Counted from the first letter of the stretch, positions 12,192 to 22,389 are shown. The stretch: DNA of 64,000 bases from an uncultured Bacteroidales bacterium (GCA_942491855.1 CALOCL010000041.1:81024-145023), one strand, 5' to 3'. Numbers and translations: made by a program. The notes: generated by a model not told the origin, from the sequence alone.

Positions 12192-13523
12192 ATGAGAGTT
12201 TGTAAGTTTGGAGGAACCTCCATTGGTTCAGCAGAAAGAATGAGGCAAGTGGCCCATATCGTTCGTGAAAACAAGTCAGCATTTATCGTTTTATCAGCCA
12301 TGTCGGGTACAACAAATACCCTGGTTGAAATAAATAGTTTGTTAAAGAAAAAAAACATAGATGGAGCCTCTGGCTCGCTTCACGAACTAAAACTTAGTTA
12401 CTTAACCGAATCAGGAAAGCTATTCAGCGACTTTGGAGATCCTTCTTTTATGGACGATACCATCAACAATTTCTTTGAGAATATTTTGCAGCTATTCGAT
12501 CGCCCTTACGATGTTGAATTAGAAAAAGAAATACTTGTTAAGGGTGAATTTATTACCACGCAAATTTTTACAACTTATTTAAAACTACTGGGGCTGAAGG
12601 CAAAAAATATTTCTGCCTTGCGGTTTATGCGTACCGATAGAGATTCAGAGCCTGATCACTACTATATTTCTGAAAAATTGTCTGAAATTTTGAAAATAAA
12701 TTCTGACATTAATTATTTTATCATCCAGGGTTATGTTTGTAAAAATGTGGAAGGAAAAACAGATAATTTAGGCAGGGGTGGAAGTGATTATTCAGCTACA
12801 ATAATTGGTGCAGCTATTAATGCCGAAGATGTTCAAATTTGGACTGATATTGATGGCATGCACAACAACGATCCGCGTTATGTTGAAAACACACAATCAA
12901 TCGAAAAGCTATCCTACAATGAAGCTGAAGAATTGGCATTTTTTGGAGCAAAAATTTTACATCCTACCTGCATTATTCCGGCAAGAAATAAAAATATCCC
13001 TATTTTTATAAAAAGTACCATGGCACCGGAAGCAAATGGAACCTTGATTAACAGTGAGGTCTTAAAGGAAGGAGTGAAGGCTGTTGCGGCTAAAGATGGG
13101 ATCATTGCCATTAAAATCAAGTCGACACGGATGATGTTAGCCTATGGCTTTTTAAGAAAAGTGTTTGAAGTTTTAGAGGACTACAAAACACCAATTGACA
13201 TGGTAACGACTTCTGAAGTTGCCATTTCGATGACCATTGATAACGCGGAGTATTTGAACGAAATTGTTAATAAATTAAATAAGCTGGGTGAAGTAACTGT
13301 CACAGAAAATCAATCCATCATTTGTGTTGTGGGTAATTTTCACGCACGTACACGAGGAATGGTTGGATTGGTGGGAGCCAGCTTAAAAAACATCCCAATC
13401 CGTATGATTTCATTCGGTGCCAGTAGCAGTAATATCACCCTTTTGATCGGCACGGAAAATAAACCCAAGGCATTAAATTTTTTAAGTGAATCATTATTTT
13501 TAAACAAAGCAGCTTATGTTTAA
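12192..13523 (+). CDS. lysC: aspartokinase (lysine-branch)
   Basis: KFGGTS, SAMSGTT, LGRGGSDYSA, WTDIDG, ELAFFGAKILHP, two ACT domains; lies within the dapA-lysA operon. Confidence 0.93.
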   Translation: MRVCKFGGTSIGSAERMRQVAHIVRENKSAFIVLSAMSGTTNTLVEINSLLKKKNIDGASGSLHELKLSYLTESGKLFSDFGDPSFMDDTINNFFENILQLFDRPYDVELEKEILVKGEFITTQIFTTYLKLLGLKAKNISALRFMRTDRDSEPDHYYISEKLSEILKINSDINYFIIQGYVCKNVEGKTDNLGRGGSDYSATIIGAAINAEDVQIWTDIDGMHNNDPRYVENTQSIEKLSYNEAEELAFFGAKILHPTCIIPARNKNIPIFIKSTMAPEANGTLINSEVLKEGVKAVAAKDGIIAIKIKSTRMMLAYGFLRKVFEVLEDYKTPIDMVTTSEVAISMTIDNAEYLNEIVNKLNKLGEVTVTENQSIICVVGNFHARTRGMVGLVGASLKNIPIRMISFGASSSNITLLIGTENKPKALNFLSESLFLNKAAYV

Positions 13524-14742
13524 CTCATCATTAATAAATACATTTCAACATATCCCAACACCCTTTTATTATTACGATTTAAGCTTGTTGGAGAAAACCA
13601 TTTTAGAGCTCAAAAATCTAATTGATGAGGATGTGTTTCAAATACACTACGCTTTTAAAGCCAATGTAAATGAGCCTATTTTAAATTTGATAAAAAAGCA
13701 TGGTTTTGGTGCCGATTGTGTGAGTGGAAATGAAGTTCTACACGCATTACAGCTTGGGTTTGATCCCAAAAAAATTGTGTTTGCAGGAGTTGGTAAATCT
13801 GATGAAGAAATTGAAATCGCGCTGGAAAACGATATCGGATTTTTTAATTGTGAATCCTTGCAGGAAGTTAGGGTAATCAATGAAATTTCCATGGCAAAAA
13901 ATAAAACTGCAAAAATTGCGATTCGTATTAATCCAAACGTTGAAGCAAAAACCCATCGTTACATTACCACTGGCATGCAGACCAATAAATTTGGCTTTAG
14001 TCAGGAAGAGTTGGAAGAGTTTTTGGGCATTTTAGATGAATTTCCTGCTATTGAAATCAAAGGTTTGCATTTTCATATCGGGTCACAGGTCTTAGATTTA
14101 GATGTGTTTAAAAACCTATGCCTAAGGGTAAATGAAATTCAGGATTGGTTTGAAGCTAGAAATTTTTCTTTAGAACACATCAATCTAGGTGGCGGCCTGG
14201 GAATCGATTATGAAAATCCTGATGAAAATCCGATTCCAAATTTTGAAAAACTAATAGAAATCATTAATCAGAATTTGATCAGACGCCCCATGCAAAAGAT
14301 TCACCTCGAGCCAGGTAGATCAATTGTTGGACAATGCGGTACACTGGTAAGTAAAGTATTGTACGTAAAAAATGGTGGAAGTAAAAGATTTGCAGTGATT
14401 GATGCCGGTTTTACCGAATTAATCAGAACAGCATTGTATCAGGCATTTCATAATATTCAAAATATCAGCTCAAACCTAACTCCAAAAGCCTATGACATTG
14501 TTGGACCCGTTTGTGAAACCACCGATAGTTTTGGCAGTGAAGTAGAACTTCCCGAAACCAAACGTGGTGATTTACTTGCTATTCGCTCTACAGGTGCTTA
14601 TGGAGAAGTAATGTCATCTTACTACAATCTACGAAAGAAAGTTAAATCATATTATTCTTCGGATTTTGAAGAACAAAATGTGATTGACTATTTTCAAACA
14701 CAACCCGAAGTTATTTCCATGGAAATTAACATGAATCTTTAA
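13516..14742 (+). CDS. lysA: diaminopimelate decarboxylase
   Basis: HYAFKAN (PLP Lys), HFHIGSQ, GGGLGIDY, EPGRSIV, VGPVCET, GAYGEVMSS.YN. Confidence 0.95.
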   Translation: MFNSSLINTFQHIPTPFYYYDLSLLEKTILELKNLIDEDVFQIHYAFKANVNEPILNLIKKHGFGADCVSGNEVLHALQLGFDPKKIVFAGVGKSDEEIEIALENDIGFFNCESLQEVRVINEISMAKNKTAKIAIRINPNVEAKTHRYITTGMQTNKFGFSQEELEEFLGILDEFPAIEIKGLHFHIGSQVLDLDVFKNLCLRVNEIQDWFEARNFSLEHINLGGGLGIDYENPDENPIPNFEKLIEIINQNLIRRPMQKIHLEPGRSIVGQCGTLVSKVLYVKNGGSKRFAVIDAGFTELIRTALYQAFHNIQNISSNLTPKAYDIVGPVCETTDSFGSEVELPETKRGDLLAIRSTGAYGEVMSSYYNLRKKVKSYYSSDFEEQNVIDYFQTQPEVISMEINMNL

Positions 14743-14751
14743 ATTAGAAAA

Positions 14752-15479
14752 ATGAATATAGCGATTATCGGCTATGGCCGAATGGGACAGGAGATTGAAA
14801 AAATCTCATTAAAACGAGGTCATCAAATTGTAATTAAAATTGATGAAAATAATCTCGATGAGATATATAAAATGAATTCTACGAAAATGTGGATGTTGCC
14901 ATTGAATTTACCAATCCTGATTCCGCCTATAGAAATATCTTAAATTGCTTTCAGGCTAATATTCCTGTTATAAGTGGAACTACAGGTTGGACAGCTAAGC
15001 TTGCTGAATTAAAAGAACGAAGTTTTAATGAAAAGAAAGGGTTTTTATATGCTTCAAATTTTAGTGTTGGTGTAAATGTTTTATTTGCGTTGAATAAAAA
15101 ACTTGCCCAAATCATGAATAATTATCCAGCATATACCGCAAATACTCAGGAAACACATCATACTAAAAAGCTCGACAGTCCGAGCGGAACAGCCATAACA
15201 CTTGCCGAGGGGATTATTCAAAATTCGAATAGTCTGGAAAACTGGGCTGAAACGAATAATCCGGATAAAAGCACCTTGGGCATTCAAGCTTTTCGTGAGG
15301 GAGAGGTTCCGGGAATACACAAAGTGATTTATGAGTCTTCTTTTGATACACTTCAGATTTCACATTCTGCTAAGAGCCGAGAAGGATTTGCTATAGGTGC
15401 AGTTTTAGCAGCCGAGTTTTTACAGCACAAGAGCAGTTATTACGAAATGAAAGATGTATTGCATCTCAATACACTTTAG
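14752..15479 (+). pseudogene. dapB: 4-hydroxy-tetrahydrodipicolinate reductase, frameshifted in this sequence (probably an assembly error)
   Basis: IIGYGRMG N-terminus in one frame; DVAIEFT...GTTGW...SNFSVG...ETHHTKKLDSPSGTA in another. Adding one A to the A4 run at 14869-14872 joins them (...IYKNEFYENVDVAIEF). Confidence 0.9.
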
Positions 15480-15492
15480 TTTTTTCATGGGA

Positions 15493-15522
15493 GGAAACCG
15501 TTGAATTTAATCAACGGTTTCC
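15493..15522. terminator. bidirectional terminator-like hairpin between convergent dapB and cupin genes
   Basis: Perfect 12-bp stem GGAAACCGTTGA / TCAACGGTTTCC with a 6-nt loop. Confidence 0.7.
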
Positions 15523-15863
15523 AACTTTTTAAATTCTTCCCGAACGGGACTAAAACAGTCTAGAATAAAGCAATCAGTGAGTGCTTCAATCTTGTGTGGA
15601 ACATTTGATGGAATAAACGCGGCCATACCTGGTGCTAAAACTTTAGTTTTATCACCTATGGTAAAAGATAACCTGCCCTCAATCAAATGAGTCCACTGTT
15701 CGTGCGGGTGTGAATGTGGTTCAAGTTTGGTTCCTTTTTCGATGTAAAGACGTGCAAAAGTTGAAGTATCTGAATGTGCAACATAGCCTGTAATTCCATC
15801 CCAAACTCTAACTTTGTTTAGCTTGTTAAAATTGATAAATGGCATAATTTTGTTTTCTAACAA
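15507..15863 (-). CDS. cupin-domain protein
   Basis: PHSHPHEQ...EG and PSNVPH metal-binding cupin motifs. Confidence 0.9.
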   Translation of the reverse strand: MLENKIMPFINFNKLNKVRVWDGITGYVAHSDTSTFARLYIEKGTKLEPHSHPHEQWTHLIEGRLSFTIGDKTKVLAPGMAAFIPSNVPHKIEALTDCFILDCFSPVREEFKKLETVD

Positions 15864-16039
15864 AAGTAATCATTTTAACAAATTAAATGAATGCATGGAT
15901 TCTAACTGATGAATTGAAAGGGTTAATGCCCTAAAATTTAGTCTTTCTCGAAAACCTTTAAATGCATTTTTAAATTGATTCAAATCAAATTATATTTACC
16001 TGATTTTAGAATCAAATTATTAAACTAAATATCTTACTC

Positions 16040-17194
16040 ATGAACAAGTTCAACAAAATAGCTGGCTTTATTCTGGCCTTTTTAATCATCTCAGTTTCAC
16101 TTTCAGCACAAACCTATTTTCCTGAAAAAAACAAAAGTTGGAAAATCAAAAAACCTTCTGAAGTTGGAATTAAACAAGCAGCGGTTGATCAAGCCATCAA
16201 ATTTGCGCAGGAAAACGAATATTCGGGTAGTAAAGATATGCGGATTAATATTTTAGAAGGATTTAAACATGAACCTTACATCAGCATTGTTGGACCTACA
16301 AAACATCGTGGCGAACCTGCAGGTATGATCATCAAAAATGGTTATGTGATTGGTCAATGGGGCGATTTAAGTCGTGTTGACATGACTTTTAGCGTAACCA
16401 AGAGTTATCTTTCAACCGTGGCTGGTTTAGCCATTGATGACGGTTTAATTGCCAATGTTCATGATAAAGCCAAAGACTACGTTTGGGATGAAACTTTTCA
16501 AGGTGAACATAATTCAAAAATAACCTGGCATCATCTGTTAACTCAATCTTCTGACTGGTACGGAAACTTTTTTGGAAAATACGACTGGGCTGATCGTCCA
16601 CCGCGCAAAGGAGGAATTGACGACTGGCGTAACCGTGAACTTCACGAACCCGGAACCCATTACAAATACAACGATGTGCGTGTTAATGTTACTGCTTATT
16701 CTTTGTTGCAAGTTTGGAGACGACCTTTACCACAAGTGTTAAAAGAGCGAATTATGGACCCGATCGGAGCAAGCTCAACCTGGCGTTGGTATGGTTACTC
16801 AACTACATGGACCAATGTTGATGGAGCTAAAGTTCAATCGGTAAGTGGGGGAGGCCATAGTGGTGGCGGATTATTCATCAATACTTACGATCATGCCCGT
16901 TTTGGTTTATTGTTTTTAAACAACGGAAACTGGAATGGCAAACAACTCATTTCTGAAAACTGGGTTAAGGCCGTTCAAAAACCTTCAGAAGCTTACGGAA
17001 GTTATGGATACATGTGGTGGTTAAACCAAGGGCCTCGTAGTTTTGAAGGGGTACCTTCACATATTTTTTATGCAGCCGGCTTTGGTGGTAACTACATTGT
17101 TGTCGACCAGAAAAACGATATCGTGATTGTGACCCGTTGGTTACAACCCAGTAAATTGGGTGAGTTTTTAAAGGGATTTTATGAAGGAATTTGA
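16040..17194 (+). CDS. exported serine hydrolase, beta-lactamase/class C-like family
   Basis: Signal peptide; FSVTKS (SxxK), YKYND, YGYMWW and AAGFGG motifs. Confidence 0.88.
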   Translation: MNKFNKIAGFILAFLIISVSLSAQTYFPEKNKSWKIKKPSEVGIKQAAVDQAIKFAQENEYSGSKDMRINILEGFKHEPYISIVGPTKHRGEPAGMIIKNGYVIGQWGDLSRVDMTFSVTKSYLSTVAGLAIDDGLIANVHDKAKDYVWDETFQGEHNSKITWHHLLTQSSDWYGNFFGKYDWADRPPRKGGIDDWRNRELHEPGTHYKYNDVRVNVTAYSLLQVWRRPLPQVLKERIMDPIGASSTWRWYGYSTTWTNVDGAKVQSVSGGGHSGGGLFINTYDHARFGLLFLNNGNWNGKQLISENWVKAVQKPSEAYGSYGYMWWLNQGPRSFEGVPSHIFYAAGFGGNYIVVDQKNDIVIVTRWLQPSKLGEFLKGFYEGI

Positions 17195-17217
17195 TAAATA
17201 ATATTTTTTAATTTAAA

Positions 17218-17250
17218 TGCCATCAGTTTACTGTTGGCTTTTTATTTTAA
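17218..17250 (+). terminator. probable intrinsic terminator; marks the left border of the AT-rich cassette
   Basis: GCCATCAG-TTTA-CTGTTGGC followed by TTTTTATTTT. Confidence 0.6.
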
Positions 17251-17384
17251 AAAGATGTATTTATTTTAATCATAATTCAGATTAAACAGTAGAGGTTTTA
17301 GAAACAATACTATTTGGTCGTACTACGTAGACTGTATTTTTTAGTACCTTGCAATATTATTACCTGTAAATATTACATACTACT

Positions 17385-18467
17385 TTGAGCCATCCAAATC
17401 ATAAATACGAATTTCTAAGATTTAAATCTGCTTTACGGAAAAGGAGGAAATCTAATTTAAAAAGAAAAAGCAGAAATATTCAGAGAAACAAAAGTAAGGG
17501 TTACAAGGCTCCCCGAGTTTCAAAAAATATTTACACTAATCGTACTCAAAACATAACGATTTACGGTGGAAAGAATTTTACTTTATTTGAAAATCAAGAT
17601 AGCCTCATAAACGTTCTTAGTTCATTAAATGACTTGAAAAAAGAGAAAAGAAAAATATTAATTGTGAATATAGATCTTTCAAATATAGTGCAGATTGATA
17701 TTGGTGCTATTAGCTTATTATTTGCAAAGATTCATGAGGTAAAGCAAACTAGAACTATAAAAATTTGGGGCACAATGCCAAAACATCCTGGCTGTCAGGA
17801 AAAATTTAAAGACTCTGGTTTTCTAGATAATATGAAGGATTTAAACGGAAATAAATTCACAAAAACCTCTAGGAATTTTTTCTTTAATATAGGAACCGAT
17901 ACAACACTTAATGAAGTTGTTGGAAAGACAATTAAGAAAACTATAAAAGAAATAACTGGAGTTGAAGAAAATTACCAACCTGTTTATACTATCGCTCAAG
18001 AAATGTGCGCTAATTCTGTAGAATGGGCAAATGATGTTGATAGTCGAAGCAAAAATTGGTTCATGGGTGTTAACTATGTGCTTGACAATGGACAAACAAG
18101 TGTTAACTTTACATTGACTGATATAGGGTTTGGTATTTTAAATACGTTGGAGAGAGATTATAAAAATAAATTTTCTGATTTTTTTGAAACAGCTAGCAAA
18201 ATTGATATTTTATATAAAGCCTTCGAGGGAAAGTATGGATCTAAATCAGGTGATATAAACAGGAATAAAGGATTGCCCCAAATAAAAAAAACCTTTGAGA
18301 GCAACTTTATATTCGATTTAAAAGTATATACAAATAATGTATTTTTGGATTTTAAAAATTATGAAAACTCAAAAGTATTGGAGAAAAAAGTACCAGGAAC
18401 ATTTTATACTTGGAGTATAAATAAAAACTGTATTGAATTATGGAAACAACAAATGATATCAAATTAA
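17385..18467 (+). CDS. STAS-like domain fused to a GHKL (histidine-kinase-like) ATPase, with a very basic N-terminus
   Basis: IDLSNIVQIDIGAISLL...G.MP....SGF (STAS-like); N box EMCANSVEWA (E206/N210); G1 box TDIGFGI (D246); G2-like RNKGLP; G3 PGTFY. No His-phosphoacceptor DHp segment is recognisable. The TTG start is uncertain. Confidence 0.75.
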   Translation: MSHPNHKYEFLRFKSALRKRRKSNLKRKSRNIQRNKSKGYKAPRVSKNIYTNRTQNITIYGGKNFTLFENQDSLINVLSSLNDLKKEKRKILIVNIDLSNIVQIDIGAISLLFAKIHEVKQTRTIKIWGTMPKHPGCQEKFKDSGFLDNMKDLNGNKFTKTSRNFFFNIGTDTTLNEVVGKTIKKTIKEITGVEENYQPVYTIAQEMCANSVEWANDVDSRSKNWFMGVNYVLDNGQTSVNFTLTDIGFGILNTLERDYKNKFSDFFETASKIDILYKAFEGKYGSKSGDINRNKGLPQIKKTFESNFIFDLKVYTNNVFLDFKNYENSKVLEKKVPGTFYTWSINKNCIELWKQQMISN

Positions 18468-18874
18468 ACATACTTGATTTCTCGGAATATCCTGGACCTA
18501 GATATTGTAGACAGGGAAAGGATTCCGGAGAAGAATATTATCACAATGTATTAAACCAATTCTTTGTGAAAGCATATAAAGATGATTGTATGCTGACAAT
18601 TAATCTTGATAATACGGCGGGTTATCTCTCCTCCTTCATTGACGAAGCCTTCGGAAATCTTGTATATGACTTCTCAGCTGAGGAAGTTAGTAAGAGATTA
18701 AAAATAGTATCTAACCAAGAGCCAGATTGGATTAATATGATTGAGAATGATATTTATGTTAAATGGAATATGAGGCGAATTGAGCAATTACAACCAAAAA
18801 AAACAATAAAACATGAAGGATGGTATAAATTAATAGATAACAATCTGGAGGTTAAAGTATGGATTTCCATTTAA
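18440..18874 (+). CDS. DUF4325-type stand-alone STAS-like protein
   Basis: PGPRY...SGEEY...LDNTAGYLSSFIDEAFGNL is the characteristic DUF4325 pattern; overlaps the upstream ORF by 28 nt. Confidence 0.8.
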   Translation: METTNDIKLNILDFSEYPGPRYCRQGKDSGEEYYHNVLNQFFVKAYKDDCMLTINLDNTAGYLSSFIDEAFGNLVYDFSAEEVSKRLKIVSNQEPDWINMIENDIYVKWNMRRIEQLQPKKTIKHEGWYKLIDNNLEVKVWISI

Positions 18875-19353
18875 TATTTTGTCTTACCATTTCAGATATT
18901 ATCACAATTTTTGAAATTCTAGTCACAGCTATCCTTGGTGTCTGGATTGCGGTTTTTGTGCAAAAAAATTTCACTATTAATCGAAACTTAAAACAATATT
19001 TCATTAAGGAAATTGAAGTTATTAAAGAAAAACAATCCTTGTTCTTTGATGAATTATATTCTGGTAAAATTTCGTCTAAGAACATAGCGGAATGGTTTAA
19101 GGTTATGACCATAAGAATAGAAACGTTTCAAGATTTAGCCACCAATGAATATAAAATAGAGCCGAAAGTCTTATTGCACCATAATGAAATTAAACACTTT
19201 GTAACAAGTAGACCAGAATTAAGTGACCAGTTCAATGAGTCACAGGTTCTACTAAATGTTTCTTCAAAAAATGAATTGTTAAATCTATATGGACGCATTA
19301 CTAAATCATTGGTTCAGTTAGTAGTTGATATTAATAAAGCAAAAAAAAGGTGA
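18859..19353 (+). CDS. hypothetical single-pass membrane protein
   Basis: One hydrophobic helix (IITIFEILVTAILGVWIAVFV) then a helical soluble domain; overlaps the upstream ORF by 16 nt. Confidence 0.7.
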   Translation: MDFHLIFCLTISDIITIFEILVTAILGVWIAVFVQKNFTINRNLKQYFIKEIEVIKEKQSLFFDELYSGKISSKNIAEWFKVMTIRIETFQDLATNEYKIEPKVLLHHNEIKHFVTSRPELSDQFNESQVLLNVSSKNELLNLYGRITKSLVQLVVDINKAKKR

Positions 19354-19465
19354 ATTAAAACTCTCTCAAAACATTTCACCCAAATCTTAGAAATAGAATT
19401 TTAAAATTTATCAAAAAAAGAGCAGCTAAAAATAAATTCCAGACAGCTATTTTTATCTTTGTCTT

Positions 19466-22389
19466 ATGCTCCTAAACTGCCATACCTATTTCTCTTATAA
19501 ATTCGGTACGCTCTCCATTGAGGAGTTGATTGAGGAGGGCGTAAGCAAAGATTTTGAAGAGTTATGTTTAACTGACATCAACAGTACTTCTGCTGTCTTC
19601 GATTTTATCCGCTTAGGTAAAGCGAAAGGAATCAGGCCTGTCATCGGTATCGATTTCAGAAATGGTGTTGATCAAAAATACATTGGCATTGCCAGAAATA
19701 ATGAAGGTTTCAGAGAATTAAATGAACACCTTACATTCCACTCACATCAAGAAATTGATTTTGAGAATAAAGCTCCTGAATTTGAAAATTCTTTTGTGAT
19801 TTATCCTTTTGATGCGAAACTAATCCGGCAACTAAAAGAAAATGAATTTATCGGAATCAAACCCTGGGAGTTGAACCAACTTTTGCGATCGGTCTGGGAA
19901 AATAAGCCTGATAAATTGGTCATTTTAAATCCTGTAACATTTCGTTACCAACGCGATTTTAATGTTCATCGATTACTGAGAACCATTGACAAAAAATACC
20001 TTTCTTTCGCAATTGTCGACCGGTGGGAGGGGGAATCCTCTGGAGATTTGCGTGGGGGGGGTGTGCACCTTTGTGTTTGGGGAAAGGTATCCACAACTCA
20101 TTCAAAAACCAAGTTTTTGTGAAGAGCAGCGTTGGGTTGATAGGATTGTTCAAAAAAAAAGCCACTTATACGGGTACACGTTCTACGGATTTTGAACTTC
20201 ACAAAAGAAGTGAAAGAGCAGGATTTGGAAAAGCATCCACTGCGGTTCGTGACCGAATTAATACCGAATTAAAAGTGATTAAGGATTTGGACTTTTGTTC
20301 TTATTTTTTAATTAATTGGGATTTGGTGAAATTCGCTCGGGAACAGGGTTTTCACTACGTAGGCCGAGGGAGCGGAGCAAACAGCATGCTGGCCTACCTG
20401 CTCCGAATCACCGATGTAGACCCCATCGAACTGGATTTGTATTTTGAGCGATTTATCAACCCCTCACGAAGCAGTCCGCCTGATTTCGATTTAGATTTTG
20501 CTTCCCGAGAACGGGACACGGTTACCAAGTATATTTTTGATCGACATGGCTGGGATCACACGGCTTTAGTTGGTTCTTACAATACTTTTCAGTACAGATC
20601 CATGATTCGGGAACTGGGTAAAGTATTCGGTCTGCCTCCTGAAGAAATTGATGAATTGCAAGCCAATAAAGCCCGTAAAGATTTGGATCATATCGGGAAA
20701 TTGGTCCTGTCTTACGGACAACTGATCAAAGATTTTCCAAGTCATTTAAGCGTGCATTCCAGCGGAATCTTAATTTCTGAAGAACCCATCTCGGCATACA
20801 GTGCCACTATCATGCCGCCAAAAGGTTTTCCGACTACTCACTTTAGTATGCTTGAAGCTGAGGATATTGGTTTGGCTAAATTTGACATACTTGGTCAGAG
20901 AGGAATTAGCAAGATCAAGGATACGGTTGATATGGTTTCGGAGCGGCAAAAAATCAATATCGACATCCATCAACTCGAGCAATTTAAAAAGGATAAAAAA
21001 GTTCGATCACTCTTAAAACAAGGCATGGCCATTGGTTGTTTTTACATCGAATCGCCTGCTATGCGGATGTTGCTCAAAAAGCTGGAGGCTGAGGATTACC
21101 TGAGATTGGTCGCAGCAAGTTCTATCATCCGTCCCGGTGTGGCTAAAAGTGGTATGATGCGTGAATACATCTTAAGGTACCGTGATCCGGCCAGGAGGGA
21201 AGAAGCAAGAAAAGCTTTACCCGAGCTTTACAAATTACTGGAAGAAACCTACGGGGTGATGGTTTATCAGGAGGATGTGATTAAAGTAGCGCATCTTTTT
21301 GCAAATTTAACTTTGGCCGAAGCGGATGTTTTGCGAAGAGGCATGTCGTGGAAGTTTAAGCAGCGCAATGAGTTTCACAAAGTGAGAGAGAAGTTTTTTG
21401 AGAACTGTCATTTAAAAGGCTATCGAAATGAAACCATTCAAGCCATCTGGGATCAAATTGAAAGTTTTGCAAACTATGCTTTTTCAAAGGGGCATTCAGC
21501 CTCATACGCCGTTGAAAGCTTTCAGGCACTTTATTTGAAAGCCTATCATCCGCTTGAATACATGACAGCCACTGTGAACAATGGCGGCGGTTTTTACCAT
21601 GCCGAACTTTATTTGCATGAAGCCAGAATGCACGGAGCTGAAATTGAAGCACCCTGCATTAATCGAGGTGATGGGCCTTGTTTGTTAATTGGTAAGCAGA
21701 TTTTTATTGGTTTTGCATTCATCAAAAATTTTGAAAGCAATAGCATTCGAAATATTTTAAGGGAGCAGCAAAATGGAAAATTTACTTCACTTGAAGGATT
21801 TATCAAAAGGGTTGCCATTAGTCTGGAGCAGTTAATCATTTTGATAAAAGTGGGAGCATTTCGATCCATAAATCCCAATAAAAAAGAATTGCTCTGGGAA
21901 GCACACCTTCATCTTTCAAAAGGTAAAAAATCAAAACCTTCAAAGCAATTATTTGATGAACATGCCAAACGATACAAATTACCGGATCTTACCCATAACC
22001 CCATCGAAGATGCTTTTGATGAAATTGAACTGCTGGGTTATCCTGTTAAAACATCTCCTTTTGATTTACTGATTGAGAAACCAGACATTAAAATAAGAGC
22101 TAAGGATTTGGAATCAAGAATAGGGAAGCAGGTTGAAATTTTAGGCTACCTCGTTCACGTTAAAGGAACCATGACTGGTGAGGGCAAACGCATGAGCTTT
22201 GGCGTATTTACCGATTTGGATGGTCATTGGATTGATACGGTTCAGTTCCCAAACACAGCACGTCAGTATCCTTTTCAAGGTCGGGGTTGTTATGCTTTAA
22301 AAGGAAAGGTAGTTGAAGAATTCGGTTTTATCAGCATAGAAGTTAGCTACCATAAACGCTTAATCAATTTAAATATTGAGGATGTTTAG
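19466..22389 (+). CDS. dnaE: short second-copy DNA polymerase III alpha (DnaE2-like), with a garbled, multiply frameshifted segment at about 19990-20240
   Basis: PHP domain (LNCHTYFS...TDINST), GRGSGANS, LYFERF, PPDFDLDF, KFDILGQRG, YAFSKGHSASY and a C-terminal OB fold. The total span is about 975 codons, split over three frames. Confidence 0.85.

Noticed and set aside
19360-19465. SOS/LexA operator upstream of dnaE
   Set aside because: Only weak AT-rich symmetry (AAAAATA...TATTTTT); no palindrome I can match with confidence.
17195-19465. Cassette as an IS, prophage or integron element
   Set aside because: No integrase or transposase, terminal inverted repeats, att-like direct repeats or attC structure were recognisable; only the composition shift and operon structure support foreign origin.
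19985-20240. Diversity-generating retroelement target or phase-variable tract in dnaE
   Set aside because: No reverse transcriptase or template repeat in the window; the changes are not adenine-specific; a single slippage at G8 or A9 cannot restore a frame that needs several shifts.
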